Shown: positions 54,835 to 64,000 of the stretch, piece by piece
Position numbering within the stretch: the first letter of the stretch is position 1
Layout: each line of letters begins with the position of its first letter
Source of the DNA: a virus
Virus record (IMG/VR): IMGVR_UViG_3300049893_001984
Coordinates: 64,001-128,000 of that record
Reading direction: 5' to 3' (one strand)
DNA: 64,000 bases
Program-made: the position numbers and the translations under genes
The notes under the pieces: model-generated
Database searches by the model: none
The model's input: only the letters and a program-made list of their open reading frames with translations
What the model was told of the DNA's origin: nothing

Positions 54835-55700
54835 GTTGACAGAAGATTCCTTAGAAAGGTTCTTGATGCAGTGGTCTTCTCTTTTTCTATGTAGCTAAGC
54901 ATGATGTCAAACAAATGCTTAAGCGCCTTTACGTCAACCTTTGCGGAATCAAACCTTCCATAATGAAGTGCTACGTTTAAAAACTTAGTTATATGCTTAC
55001 CTAAATCTGTACGAGGGTTGACGCTGTTTAGCGTCTTGTTACCATATTCATTACCACCCGTCTTTACTACAAACGCACATGTGTGCGGGTACCATTCCAT
55101 ATTAATTCTCTTGTACGTAGTTCTGTTCTGTTCTATTCCACGCACGGCTATACTTAAGCACCCCTCACTTTCGTGTGTACTTATAATAAATCCATTTGCG
55201 TAGTTTGCGACTATACGTGCTAAGTCACTTATTGATTGAACCTCCGGTTCTGCCGCTGTAGCCGCAGGAGCTTCGATCTCCGTTTTAGCCTTCGGCTTTT
55301 GGTCAACCCCGTTATCCACAAGGGTTTCCAGGTTATTGAAATGCTGCACTAGAGCACGGACAGTGGGCGACAGTTGCTCTTCTGGCATCGCCTGTAGCTT
55401 TTTAATGAAGCTGACGAACCGTGGGTTGACCACAAAAGGGTTGCCCCCGTTATGTTCAACATTTACAAACAGGTCCATCAGGTCGTTGACGGGCTCCACG
55501 TAGTCTAGAAACCTATCAAAATTTAGCTGTGATGCAATTTCTCGCATGAACGTTCTCGCAAAAACGCTGGCAAGAACGTCCTCCACTTTGGAAGAAAACC
55601 GGTGTACGTGTTTTTCGGGTGTTTGAACTTCTTCCACGACTTTCTTCGCTAATTTCTTCTTCAACTTAGCTTTACTTTTGCAGCTCATTATTCCTCCCAA
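54831..55700 (-). CDS. Hypothetical protein
   Basis: 289 aa; GGGAGG RBS before MSCK. Confidence 0.7.
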   Translation of the reverse strand: MGGIMSCKSKAKLKKKLAKKVVEEVQTPEKHVHRFSSKVEDVLASVFARTFMREIASQLNFDRFLDYVEPVNDLMDLFVNVEHNGGNPFVVNPRFVSFIKKLQAMPEEQLSPTVRALVQHFNNLETLVDNGVDQKPKAKTEIEAPAATAAEPEVQSISDLARIVANYANGFIISTHESEGCLSIAVRGIEQNRTTYKRINMEWYPHTCAFVVKTGGNEYGNKTLNSVNPRTDLGKHITKFLNVALHYGRFDSAKVDVKALKHLFDIMLSYIEKEKTTASRTFLRNLLST

Positions 55701-55707
55701 GGTGTGC

Positions 55708-56418
55708 CTACTGGCTGTTAATTAAATCCTGTAGCTGCTTATGAAGAAGTGATGTTTCCACTTTCTTACCACAGGTACCACACGTTGGTACTGTTGCCCT
55801 CTTCAACTCGTACTTCACGCCATTTAGGACGGTGCTGAAGTCTTCAACAACTTTATTAACAGTTTTTGTAGCGCAGGCCACGCAGGTCCATGGCATAGGC
55901 TTTAGTGCCACCCCGTCCCTATCAGGGCTGTACTCACGGCTAATAATCTTTATTTCTTCCTTAGGCGCTGCGACAGCGCCTAACTCCGCCGCAGGCCTCT
56001 CTACTACACAAGCTTTAGCCTTTTTTACGGGGATATCACGCACAGAACGTGCAAGGGCCATACGCATGTAGCTCTGCAGTGACTTATCGTCGTGAACACC
56101 ATGAGCCTTAAGCATAGTGAACAAGGGGTACTTACCTTTTCTACTTACTGCCTTAAGAACGTGAAGACATCCGTAAAGCCTTGACACCTCTTTCTTTAAC
56201 CCCTTGTACGTTCTCCAAAGAGGGTGTCCAGGTCTGATACCTCTAACCAAGGTCGGAACTGTCTCTCGTAGAGCGATCGACCTTGTGACCTCTACTGGGA
56301 AAACTACTTTGTGCTTCCCAGTTACAGCAATTGAAGACGTGGCGGCTATGCGCTTAATCCAGTATATAGCCGTGCATGTCGTTGCTATGGCTTTACGGAT
56401 GTCTTCCTCTGATTTCAT
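55708..56418 (-). CDS. Hypothetical protein with a C-terminal YgiT/MqsA-type zinc ribbon
   Basis: CVAC...VEDFSTVLNGVKYELKRATVPTCGTCGK; N-terminal domain paralogous to 60103-60597. Confidence 0.7.
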   Translation of the reverse strand: MKSEEDIRKAIATTCTAIYWIKRIAATSSIAVTGKHKVVFPVEVTRSIALRETVPTLVRGIRPGHPLWRTYKGLKKEVSRLYGCLHVLKAVSRKGKYPLFTMLKAHGVHDDKSLQSYMRMALARSVRDIPVKKAKACVVERPAAELGAVAAPKEEIKIISREYSPDRDGVALKPMPWTCVACATKTVNKVVEDFSTVLNGVKYELKRATVPTCGTCGKKVETSLLHKQLQDLINSQ

Positions 56419-56421
56419 GGT

Positions 56422-56697
56422 CTATTCCTTTACCACCAAGTTCCTGAGTTCAACGTAAGGTATTCGCGCAAGTATCACGCGGTCGTCCACCAAGTGTATA
56501 TTGGTATGTTCGAACTCGGCCTCATCCACCGCTTCAAGCCCTTCGGCCTCCAGTTCTTCTTCGACATCTTCATTGTCGTCTGGTGGATCTTTGACGATTT
56601 CCTCAATGCTAATTATTGCTGATATGTCAATCAGCTTGAGGCTGGTGCTTGCGTCGTACTCAGTCTCCACACAGGGGACTTGTATAAAACGTGGCAT
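56422..56697 (-). CDS. Small acidic hypothetical protein
   Basis: GGAGG RBS. Confidence 0.6.
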   Translation of the reverse strand: MPRFIQVPCVETEYDASTSLKLIDISAIISIEEIVKDPPDDNEDVEEELEAEGLEAVDEAEFEHTNIHLVDDRVILARIPYVELRNLVVKE

Positions 56698-56708
56698 TGC
56701 GTGGCCTC

Positions 56709-56960
56709 CTAAAATTTGTTTTTGCCCCGTGGTTGCCTGCCTAAGGCAAATCCCTCTAACTGGGTTGGCGGTTTGTAGAAGTAGATGGCTCTTTTACCTT
56801 CTGGCGTACGGCTTGGCGGTGGCAATTTTTCTCCACACTCTTTGAGCCTTTCTACCGCCATTTTGTGCTGCAAAAGATCTTCCTCTTGTCTGACTGTGAG
56901 ATCTTCTTTTCGTGCTTTTGACGACATTACACTTCCTCCTTTAGTGTATTGATGACACAA
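56709..56960 (-). CDS. Small hypothetical protein
   Basis: AAGGAGG RBS before MSSK. Confidence 0.55.
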   Translation of the reverse strand: MCHQYTKGGSVMSSKARKEDLTVRQEEDLLQHKMAVERLKECGEKLPPPSRTPEGKRAIYFYKPPTQLEGFALGRQPRGKNKF

Positions 56961-57345
56961 CTACCCACTCGGATGGAGCAGACAAACAGAAAGTAACAGT
57001 GTCGTGGTGGTCCCAGCGGCCAGCTGGAAAAAGCAGGGCGCACTCAGCTACTGCCTTAAGCTTTTCTTTATCTGTGGAGGCATGGTCGATGACCATAATC
57101 TCGCCTTTATTCTCTCTATTTACTCTCCACCTAACACCGAGTGACCCTCGTATGTCAGTCAGTAGAGGAATAAAGTGCAATCTTGCCTGCGAAGGTGCAC
57201 CTGCGTCGGTCATGCATTTCTTTATTCGCCCCTTAAGTTCCAGAATGTCTTTACCGTCCTTGAACAAACACAGATCAACAGCCAAGGACGCTGCAATGGA
57301 CATTGGGCCGTGGATTAGGGGGTGGCTTATATTTCCAGAGGTCAT
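56941..57345 (-). CDS. Hypothetical protein
   Basis: 134 aa. Confidence 0.6.
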   Translation of the reverse strand: MTSGNISHPLIHGPMSIAASLAVDLCLFKDGKDILELKGRIKKCMTDAGAPSQARLHFIPLLTDIRGSLGVRWRVNRENKGEIMVIDHASTDKEKLKAVAECALLFPAGRWDHHDTVTFCLSAPSEWVVVSSIH

Positions 57346-57356
57346 GTTTGTTTCCT

Positions 57357-58037
57357 TTATTTCACACCATCCTTTCTCATTGCCTTATCTACCATTTGCA
57401 TATCCGCCTCTAGTTTCTTTAACCCTTTGTCGTACCAGTGTCTTTGGTGTTTGGAGTATTTATCAAGGTTGCCTAAATACTCTTCCACGTACTCATACAC
57501 ACCGTCAAGGGTAGCCTCTCCATCAGCGTAACCCAGGTTATAACACTTGCTTGCCTGTATAATATTCTTCGAGGTTAACAGGTCGAACTCCGGGTCGTAA
57601 GGACACTCCGGAGAACTTGAATCTGTTAAGAGCTTGTCATAGTTTTGGTAGGATACAATGGCGATAGCCATCAGCTCTTGTACTACCGGAGCTGTGGTTA
57701 CGCTTTTTAACCTTGTCTCGTCTATAACTGGTTTTTTGATTCTAGGCGGTATAAGAGAGCACATCTCTCGGCCGCTAATCAATGTGTAGTAACACCTCGA
57801 CCAAGCCCTCCATTTTCTGACATCTTCTATTACCACCTCGGGAGTTCTTGCGGACAAAAACCCAACCTCTACCTTATGTTTAAAATACTCTTTATTTATC
57901 CTTTCAACCCTGAGCGATCGCTGACTAAACAGCGTTTTCTTGCCTGTACTTCTTAACAACTCCGCAGACGCTCTCGCCACCAGCTCTAGAATGGCTAATC
58001 TGCTTAGTCTGGATGTTGCAGCTCGGTTGTGAAGCAT
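57357..58037 (-). CDS. Hypothetical protein, partial paralog of 58832-59461
   Basis: AAGGAGGAG RBS; AIAIVSYQNYDKLL...PYDPEFDLL segment. Confidence 0.7.
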   Translation of the reverse strand: MLHNRAATSRLSRLAILELVARASAELLRSTGKKTLFSQRSLRVERINKEYFKHKVEVGFLSARTPEVVIEDVRKWRAWSRCYYTLISGREMCSLIPPRIKKPVIDETRLKSVTTAPVVQELMAIAIVSYQNYDKLLTDSSSPECPYDPEFDLLTSKNIIQASKCYNLGYADGEATLDGVYEYVEEYLGNLDKYSKHQRHWYDKGLKKLEADMQMVDKAMRKDGVK

Positions 58038-58452
58038 GGTTTTTGACTCCTCCTTTCTTTAATTCTAAATATCTCCTATCTACATATTGAAGAGCACGCA
58101 TGCGTAACAACTTTATTGTGTCTGAGCAACACAGGAGCAACGAATTGTAATCGTTGGTTAACTGTATCTGTTGCCGCCTTTCTGGTGGCATAACAAACGG
58201 TCTGTACATATACAAAAATTCCTTAAGGCAATATTCTATTCTTTCAACATCTTCCTCGAGACTTTCAACATCGAAATCTAGAAGTTTAATAGTTTTAGGG
58301 CGACGCAATACTTTGGAAATCAAGAACATGTGTCTCATTAACTCATTGGCAGTTGCTGCTAATATTTTATTAGCTGTTTGGATTGTCATCTCGCCACCCT
58401 TACTGCCCTTACAACCCCGTATCTCTACCGCCATCGCTACACCCCCTCCCAT
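57925..58452 (-). CDS. Hypothetical helical protein
   Basis: Co-oriented ORF; true start probably 58434 or 58389. Confidence 0.6.
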   Translation of the reverse strand: MGGGVAMAVEIRGCKGSKGGEMTIQTANKILAATANELMRHMFLISKVLRRPKTIKLLDFDVESLEEDVERIEYCLKEFLYMYRPFVMPPERRQQIQLTNDYNSLLLCCSDTIKLLRMRALQYVDRRYLELKKGGVKNHASQPSCNIQTKQISHSRAGGESVCGVVKKYRQENAV

Positions 58453-58519
58453 CCTCGCTTAGACTAAAAGTCTAACTCGGTTGTGTACCACAAACTTAAC
58501 GATTGCTCTTTGCTTTAGA

Positions 58520-58557
58520 AAGCAGGGTTGGCGGCCGGTATGCTGCCAACCCTGCTT
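58520..58557. terminator. Strong intergenic stem-loop
   Basis: aagcagggttggcgg / ctgccaaccctgctt, 15-bp stem. Confidence 0.6.
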
Positions 58558-58589
58558 CATAGGCAGCAGACCTAGCCATGTTTACCCCA

Positions 58590-58904
58590 TCATCCCCGGA
58601 CGAGTTTCTTCCAGAACGCACCATTAGGAGCGTAGACTTGCTCGAACAGCGACAGATCCACAAGACATTGCGGGATTGACACCGACATCGTCCCGTCTTC
58701 CTTAACCGTTACAAACAAGTGTGCCCTTGAGTTGCGAGGCAGAACCTCGTAGGTTCCTGGGGCGAGTTTACTCACGTCTACTGGACGATGAGTTTGACCT
58801 CGCCCTGCTTTCCGTCTATCCATGTTTCCTCCTAACGCCGTCTCGTAGCATTTGCCGCTCGAGATGGTGTTTTTACCTTTCTGACCGTCTTCTTTGCGGT
58901 CCAC
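58590..58904 (-). CDS. Small hypothetical protein
   Basis: AGGAGG RBS before the internal MDRR (probable real start). Confidence 0.55.
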   Translation of the reverse strand: MDRKEDGQKGKNTISSGKCYETALGGNMDRRKAGRGQTHRPVDVSKLAPGTYEVLPRNSRAHLFVTVKEDGTMSVSIPQCLVDLSLFEQVYAPNGAFWKKLVRG

Positions 58905-59461
58905 TTTACCTTTTTGTCTTTAGCTGCTCTGAGCTTCTTTAGCTCAACCTCCATCAGCTGTAACGTATTCTTCAAATCCTTCTCTGGATCAGTCGCCATC
59001 AGGCTAATCAATAGGTCTGCATTTCTAGCGCTGGTGGTTCCCACTATCGGTATTACGTCGTCTTCAATAGCCACATTACCGTGGTTATATCGGGCATAAT
59101 TAACAGCCTTTTCTTTATTTAATGCTCCCGGAGCTACGCATAATAAACGCGCAGTTAAACCTGAAAAGATAAGGGTGACTGTCTCCCCGTTTCTTGATTC
59201 TTGCTTCATCTTCTGCACATCCATAAGGGATTGCCTGAACTCACTTAGAAACCGGGCGTCGATGAGGTCGGGGTTGTATCCGAATGTTGAACTAATTTCC
59301 TGGTATAGTTTTCTGTACTTATTATATAAAATACACAGGCAGGCAGACATAGTTTTATCTATGTCTGCCGTCATCGTAGCTCTGCTATAGTTGTTCGACA
59401 CTTGCACCTCCCTTCTTCGGCTGGCTACCAAAGACCACTTTCCTTTAGTAGACTCTCCCAC
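58832..59461 (-). CDS. Hypothetical protein, partial paralog of 57357-58037
   Basis: ACLCILYNKYRKLY...GYNPDLID segment; basic tail. Confidence 0.65.
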   Translation of the reverse strand: MGESTKGKWSLVASRRREVQVSNNYSRATMTADIDKTMSACLCILYNKYRKLYQEISSTFGYNPDLIDARFLSEFRQSLMDVQKMKQESRNGETVTLIFSGLTARLLCVAPGALNKEKAVNYARYNHGNVAIEDDVIPIVGTTSARNADLLISLMATDPEKDLKNTLQLMEVELKKLRAAKDKKVKWTAKKTVRKVKTPSRAANATRRR

Positions 59462-60102
59462 GCTTCAAGCTGTGAGAACGGGACTGTGGATGTTATGCCG
59501 TCTGCGTTGTCCGGTTGGCTGAAGAACCGTATCCTTACCCCTATGCTAGAAACGAGGAGGCTGGTCTTCATCGAATTTGCAACCTCCTTCTTTTCAAGAC
59601 GAAAAACCTCATTTTCAGGAATTGTCTTATCCGCATAGAGGATTGTGTTCTGAGTCCAATCCACTATGGGACGGCTGTACATCTCACCCAAACTGTACTT
59701 TGGACCGCCTTTTACCAGTTCGTACTTATGCGCCGGAAATGAGTTAGCTAGCGGGGTTACCTTTGAGATAAATAACCCCTTTAGCAGCAGCTGCAGCTCC
59801 GTAGGCAGTGTCGCTTCTACTATTGAAAGGCCAGCCATGCTGACGGTTGGCTCTATCTCCTTAAAAGCCTTGAACTTACTTTCAAGATATCGGAGAGCCT
59901 CCACGTGTGCTCTGTCCAGAGGCATGCCCCAACACCTTAGGGTGCCCAGCATTGTGTCTGGGCTTGACAGGTTGTAAGACATGAACGCATACCTGTTTAT
60001 CCCCATTATGTACGGCTTAGACACAGGCCGGAATGATACCGGGTCTACGCCTCCGAGCTTATTTGCAGCTTCAGTGGCCTTTGTAACTGCCGCTACATCC
60101 AT
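59425..60102 (-). CDS. Hypothetical protein
   Basis: 225 aa, starts right after the upstream stop. Confidence 0.65.
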   Translation of the reverse strand: MDVAAVTKATEAANKLGGVDPVSFRPVSKPYIMGINRYAFMSYNLSSPDTMLGTLRCWGMPLDRAHVEALRYLESKFKAFKEIEPTVSMAGLSIVEATLPTELQLLLKGLFISKVTPLANSFPAHKYELVKGGPKYSLGEMYSRPIVDWTQNTILYADKTIPENEVFRLEKKEVANSMKTSLLVSSIGVRIRFFSQPDNADGITSTVPFSQLEAWESLLKESGLW

Positions 60103-60597
60103 TTACTGTTCCCCCGAGGTGGTTATCTCTTGCAGTGAGGGCACCCCCCTCACGTAATTAGCGTAAAGTTTTACGGCTCTTAACTTCGCTTTTTCCCATA
60201 TATGATTACTTTTTGTAGGCATGCCAGAAGCCGTAACAAAATAGGGGAACGCTCTTCCTGTTTTTGGACAGGAGGAGTACGTTCCCCAGTAATCAAGCGC
60301 GTCTTTAAGACTTCCGTACACAAACACTAGAATAAGAATATTTACACATGTACGCCAAACCGCCGCCTCTAGCCTTACAGCGTTGTATCTGTTCCACAGG
60401 GGGTGGCGAGGGCATATGTGTTTAAACTTTAAAACGCTTCCATTTACCTGCTTTATAACTTCGCCTTTACTGTTATTACTGATGTCCCTCACAAACTGTT
60501 CTGCTAGGGACTGATGCCGCATAGCTTTCAAAACCATCACATCTATGTCCTTCTCCGACACTTGGGTTTTGAGAGCCTTCTCCATGTCGGCTTTCAA
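60103..60597 (-). CDS. Hypothetical protein, paralog of the 55708-56418 N-domain
   Basis: HICPRHPLWNRYNAVR vs GIRPGHPLWRTYKGLK. Confidence 0.65.
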   Translation of the reverse strand: MKADMEKALKTQVSEKDIDVMVLKAMRHQSLAEQFVRDISNNSKGEVIKQVNGSVLKFKHICPRHPLWNRYNAVRLEAAVWRTCVNILILVFVYGSLKDALDYWGTYSSCPKTGRAFPYFVTASGMPTKSNHIWEKAKLRAVKLYANYVRGVPSLQEITTSGEQ

Positions 60598-61024
60598 TGT
60601 GCCCCTCCTCTAATCTCAGAGATTTTTTGCGGGACAAGATTTCTTGATACGTAACACGCCTATGGCAGTTAGCGCACATGGGTACACACTTGGCTAATTC
60701 CTGCTTAACCTTTTTGGGAGAAAAGCCACCGCTCATTAGTCTTGAAATTGTGGCTACCTTTTGTCGCGGGTCTATATGATGAAATTCGATAACAACAGGG
60801 TCTGATTCACCGCACAATATACACTTGCACCCCCGCTTATACTCCCAGAACATCTCTCTATTTCTTCTTGCCTTTCGACGGCTTCTAGCTTTCTCACACT
60901 GAAGGCACATGGTTAAAAAACACGTGCTTCCGTCGGGTCTATTCTTTCGGGTGAATAAATTAGCCGCCTTTTCTTCTTTACACACTCTACAGATTTTTAA
61001 TTGTACCACGTGGTATTCCTCCAA
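60476..61024 (-). CDS. Free-standing HNH endonuclease
   Basis: CILCGESDPVVIEFHHIDP...KCVPMCANCHR; N-terminal CRVC/CLQC zinc pair. Confidence 0.85.
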   Translation of the reverse strand: MEEYHVVQLKICRVCKEEKAANLFTRKNRPDGSTCFLTMCLQCEKARSRRKARRNREMFWEYKRGCKCILCGESDPVVIEFHHIDPRQKVATISRLMSGGFSPKKVKQELAKCVPMCANCHRRVTYQEILSRKKSLRLEEGHIESRHGEGSQNPSVGEGHRCDGFESYAASVPSRTVCEGHQ

Positions 61025-61068
61025 AGATTACCACATGGTACACGCTGTGCTGTAAATTCAAGTTACAG

Positions 61069-61500
61069 TTACAGTTTGATATTGTGCCCAGCCTTTAAAA
61101 GGTGCCGCCTTTTTAAGAAAAACCTCGCTATTTTGTCGTCCAACCACTCCGCAAGATCTGCGCTGCTGGAGGTGATGCTCACTTTCATGTCGTCACCCGC
61201 TGGACTCCAGGCGCTGGGCCTTATCCCTGGGTCCATTACACGTAGAATCAAGTGCTCGCTACTAAAAGCGATCTGCATCTTGAATCTATAAGGACATACT
61301 ATTTGTAAGAATGGCCACTTAACAGGCTGCTCTTCTGAGGGTGGTTTGCATTCTACTACACAGTCCTTCTCGAGGTCGTCTCTTATGTTATTGAGCACCA
61401 TCACCAGGAAAAATCCCCTTGCCTCCTGGTACGCCTCGTTCAAGTAAAAGAGGGTGCCCTCTCTACTCGGTCTTGCCTTTCGAAATTTCCTGCTATCCAT
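61069..61500 (-). CDS. Hypothetical protein
   Basis: 143 aa, GGAG RBS. Confidence 0.6.
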   Translation of the reverse strand: MDSRKFRKARPSREGTLFYLNEAYQEARGFFLVMVLNNIRDDLEKDCVVECKPPSEEQPVKWPFLQIVCPYRFKMQIAFSSEHLILRVMDPGIRPSAWSPAGDDMKVSITSSSADLAEWLDDKIARFFLKRRHLLKAGHNIKL

Positions 61501-61506
61501 TTTTAA

Positions 61507-62028
61507 CTACTCCTTTTTATTAACAACGAAAATGGATTGAAACATGTCGCGCAGACTTCTTTTCACTGACTCTGCGGCCCTGATCATGTCTTCGTCTTCG
61601 TCATCTTCATCATCGTTCGCAACGTCAGCGGATGTGACAGGTGTTGGAATCTCGTGTTTCACGTCTGGCTTGTTTTTGCTCATGGGTTTAAAGACTGATG
61701 GCGGCGTCTCGTCTTTCAGCGGTTCACTGTCCATTATAAGATCGAAAAGCGGTTCACCTTTGGGGGTGTAGAGCATTTGGAACTTGTCGCTGAGATTATC
61801 TTTTAAAACTTTCTCAGCCTCTTGCTTGGTTTCACCCTCTGCGTACACGGTGAGGTTCACGACTGCATGCTCATTAAGAGCACCAGTCTTCTCCACAACT
61901 GGCAGCTTGTTATCAAACAAGCCGAGCTGAACGCCCACAAGGTTCAACGCTGAAACTTGTGCTGCTTCAATTGAGTTGTTTTTGACCGTGACAAACAACT
62001 TGACGATGGCCTTGTAAACATTACACAT
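61507..62028 (-). CDS. Hypothetical protein
   Basis: 173 aa, AAGGA RBS. Confidence 0.6.
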   Translation of the reverse strand: MCNVYKAIVKLFVTVKNNSIEAAQVSALNLVGVQLGLFDNKLPVVEKTGALNEHAVVNLTVYAEGETKQEAEKVLKDNLSDKFQMLYTPKGEPLFDLIMDSEPLKDETPPSVFKPMSKNKPDVKHEIPTPVTSADVANDDEDDEDEDMIRAAESVKRSLRDMFQSIFVVNKKE

Positions 62029-62500
62029 GCTGTGTTCCTTTCAAAGAATCCCAAGTTAGCTCATCCAAACATTCAAGCGCGTTGGACACTGCCTGCTTGT
62101 AGTCCCTAAAAGAGTCCTTTGACGGTAGGATCTCTGAACCGTGTCTAGCACACTCTCTGCGCAGTTGCTCAAGGTACGGGCCGCCACAGGGAACAACCTG
62201 AACATCTAACTCTGTGATATCCTGCGCCAGGTAATTCTTGATTACGGCGTAGGTGTACCCCTCCGGGTTGTACGGTAATGCACCCAGTTTGTCCGAGAGT
62301 CTTGTTTCACTCCTCACACCACAATGTTCAGTGACCCATAGTAGAGTCCTTTTTTCTATGTCGTACCTCAGATCAACAACCGGAAGCATTGCCATGGGCT
62401 CAAGAACCTCTCCGCTCTTAAACACGAGCCCATTTCTGAAGCAGACCAAGAACATTGCTATCCCCCTGTTTACAATCCGAAAGAAACCCCCGGACCACAA
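62021..62500 (-). CDS. Hypothetical protein
   Basis: Probable real start MFLVC after GGGGA. Confidence 0.6.
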   Translation of the reverse strand: MWSGGFFRIVNRGIAMFLVCFRNGLVFKSGEVLEPMAMLPVVDLRYDIEKRTLLWVTEHCGVRSETRLSDKLGALPYNPEGYTYAVIKNYLAQDITELDVQVVPCGGPYLEQLRRECARHGSEILPSKDSFRDYKQAVSNALECLDELTWDSLKGTQHV

Positions 62501-62515
62501 TGGTCCGGGGGTTTT
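62484..62515. terminator. Intrinsic terminator
   Basis: aaacccccggacca-caa-tggtccgggggttt, perfect 14-bp stem. Confidence 0.85.
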
Positions 62516-62518
62516 GCC

Positions 62519-63136
62519 TTATTTGGAAGGTACAACCGGCTTAATGTCTGGCGAGAACTTGCCAAATACGTGTTTTTCTATGTACGCAGAGAATAACTTT
62601 TCGATATTTAATTCATCACTATCATTTATCCAGCTGTTCGCTTTCGCGCGCCTACGAAAATCACGGACAAATGGCGCGCAGTTTGTATTACATATCCATA
62701 GCCCCCGTTCATCCCTGGCCAGCTTGCATAATCTGCAATTCTCATTCCTGGCGTTTTGCATAAGAGTTTTCAGGTTCTCAGGATTATATTTATTCCTATT
62801 TTTCGTAAACTCTGGAAAGCACTCAAGATAAAAACCAATAGCTATCTTTTGCAACCTTGGGCTGAGGCCAACGCGAGAAAACATCTGGTTGGAGACCAGC
62901 GTTATATCTGTGTCAAACCCACGAAAGTCAAAGAATTCTCTGAAGGACATGAGTTCTTTAACCAGACGTATCGTCACTTCTAAGAATTGAACCCGTGCCT
63001 CTTCGAAAGCCGTTGACACGGATTCTTCTGTAACCACATTTATTTCTGGGACATGTGGTATTTGAATATCTTTTGTGGGTCTTGGGGTTACCATAGAAGA
63101 TTCTACGCTAACCATGCACGCTTCAGTGTACCTCAT
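62519..63136 (-). CDS. Hypothetical protein
   Basis: 205 aa, ATGA-coupled to the ThiF-like gene; CRLC...CNTNC. Confidence 0.65.
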   Translation of the reverse strand: MRYTEACMVSVESSMVTPRPTKDIQIPHVPEINVVTEESVSTAFEEARVQFLEVTIRLVKELMSFREFFDFRGFDTDITLVSNQMFSRVGLSPRLQKIAIGFYLECFPEFTKNRNKYNPENLKTLMQNARNENCRLCKLARDERGLWICNTNCAPFVRDFRRRAKANSWINDSDELNIEKLFSAYIEKHVFGKFSPDIKPVVPSK

Positions 63137-63993
63137 TGGCTACTTTCCTTCTTCTTTGCCCGTTTCCTTGCTTTTCTTACTACGTGGGCGTGTTGAGGTA
63201 GCTTATCGGCGCTGCTGTCCGTAGCAGAACTTACATCGGGGATAGTAGGGATATGCAACGCAGAGACCGCTGTTTGATCCTCCGCGCCTTTAGGTTTATC
63301 AACGTCATACACAACGGCTTTTCCTACCTCGAGGTTAAAGAAAGCCTCCTGCGGTAGGTTTTCTTTGTCCTCCGTTACCCAAAGCCGGTGAAACAAGGAG
63401 AAGGCCATAGTAGCGGCCATGAGATTTGTTACCAGGAGCTGTGTAACACCCTGGTTTATCTCGTCCTCGCAGCCCTTTCCTGTGCGATCACCCTCAGTGG
63501 CCGTCAGTATCTCGGGATGGCGTTCGAGCACAGTCTGGGTCAAGTTTTTACCGTCAACCCGGATCTGAACACAAACGTCACCATCGATCAGCTCGTTGCC
63601 TGCTGAGATCATGATACCATTTTCAAGCTTGGACAAGGCCTGTGAAATGGTACGACGGGCCGGGTGGTTATCCACACAGGAGATAACCACGCAGTTCTCG
63701 GTGACGGCCCTTCGAACGCTGTCTTCAACCACCCACTCCGGGTAGGCGGTTATACGGAGGGAGGGATACTCCCCCGCCATATCGGTTACCAGGGCTTCGG
63801 CTTTGTTAACGCCAATGCTTGGAAACCGAAAGCGCTGACGGTTACGGTTTCCTTCTGTGTACACGTCCCGGTCCCACAGTGAGATCCGGCCTTGAAAGTC
63901 TTTGGCACACAGAAACTGGCAGAGCGGGGGGATGAGGTGTGACCCTATCCCCCCGCAGCCAACTATGACAACCTCGCTGACTTTAAACAGCAC
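63133..63993 (-). CDS. ThiF/MoeB/E1-like adenylyltransferase (ubiquitin-activating enzyme-like)
   Basis: VVIVGCGGIGSHL nucleotide-binding loop, WDRDVYTEGNRNRQ, GVNKAEAL, ISCVDNHPAR, candidate catalytic Cys in KGCED, LLVTNLMAA. Confidence 0.88.
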   Translation of the reverse strand: MLFKVSEVVIVGCGGIGSHLIPPLCQFLCAKDFQGRISLWDRDVYTEGNRNRQRFRFPSIGVNKAEALVTDMAGEYPSLRITAYPEWVVEDSVRRAVTENCVVISCVDNHPARRTISQALSKLENGIMISAGNELIDGDVCVQIRVDGKNLTQTVLERHPEILTATEGDRTGKGCEDEINQGVTQLLVTNLMAATMAFSLFHRLWVTEDKENLPQEAFFNLEVGKAVVYDVDKPKGAEDQTAVSALHIPTIPDVSSATDSSADKLPQHAHVVRKARKRAKKKESSQ

Positions 63994-64000
63994 AGTACTG

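Noticed and set aside
19795-61075. Recurrent GTAACT/AGTTAC hexamers near gene boundaries (19797-19815, 34730-34745, 61059-61072) as a phage promoter motif
   Set aside because: Too short, inconsistently placed relative to starts, and partly within codons. It cannot be supported without motif statistics.
1-64000. Stop-codon reassignment (code 15 or 4), as seen in some jumbo phages
   Set aside because: Conserved enzymes are full length in code 11, and TAA, TAG and TGA all end genes, several directly before terminators. Only one TAG (53020) has a notable in-frame continuation.
1-64000. tRNA, rRNA and CRISPR arrays
   Set aside because: By eye I found no intergenic T-arm (GTTCRAATC) cloverleaf and no regularly spaced repeat-spacer pattern. 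A tRNAscan-SE run would settle the tRNA question.

Overview
The window looks like a 64-kb segment of a large (jumbo-type) tailed bacteriophage genome. It is gene-dense and almost entirely minus-strand coded, uses standard code 11, and has many Shine-Dalgarno motifs and intrinsic terminators. Left part (1-24.5 kb) is a virion/late region. It opens with a phage multisubunit RNA polymerase beta subunit that the ORF track misses because it runs off the left edge (ATG at 2608); this gene carries a LAGLIDADG-type intein and a zinc-finger-like insert. Next come low-complexity proteins rich in K-x-A motifs, a secreted matrixin-like metalloprotease, a 1431-aa Gly-rich tail fibre, a mirror-image pair of paralogous fibre/decoration cassettes, a methyltransferase plus a GT9-like glycosyltransferase, and a probable portal. 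Middle part (24.6-43 kb) holds DNA, nucleotide and sugar functions: HldE/RfaE-type heptose kinase, RuvC-like resolvase, DEDDh exonuclease, MazG-like pyrophosphatase, GT2, GT25, a permuted NlpC/P60 enzyme and class II ribonucleotide reductase. It also holds a DIP1984-like gene followed directly by a ~370-nt highly structured non-coding region, the strongest candidate here for an undescribed RNA-protein system. Right part (43-64 kb) is accessory: a di-glycine-ending small protein with a coupled partner, DUF3268, vWA, AAA+ ATPase, metacaspase, a beta-helix enzyme, many small hypotheticals including paralog pairs, an HNH nuclease and a ThiF/E1-like enzyme. I recognised no tRNA, rRNA, CRISPR array, integrase or transposase. 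All family calls come from manual motif recognition; no database search was run.
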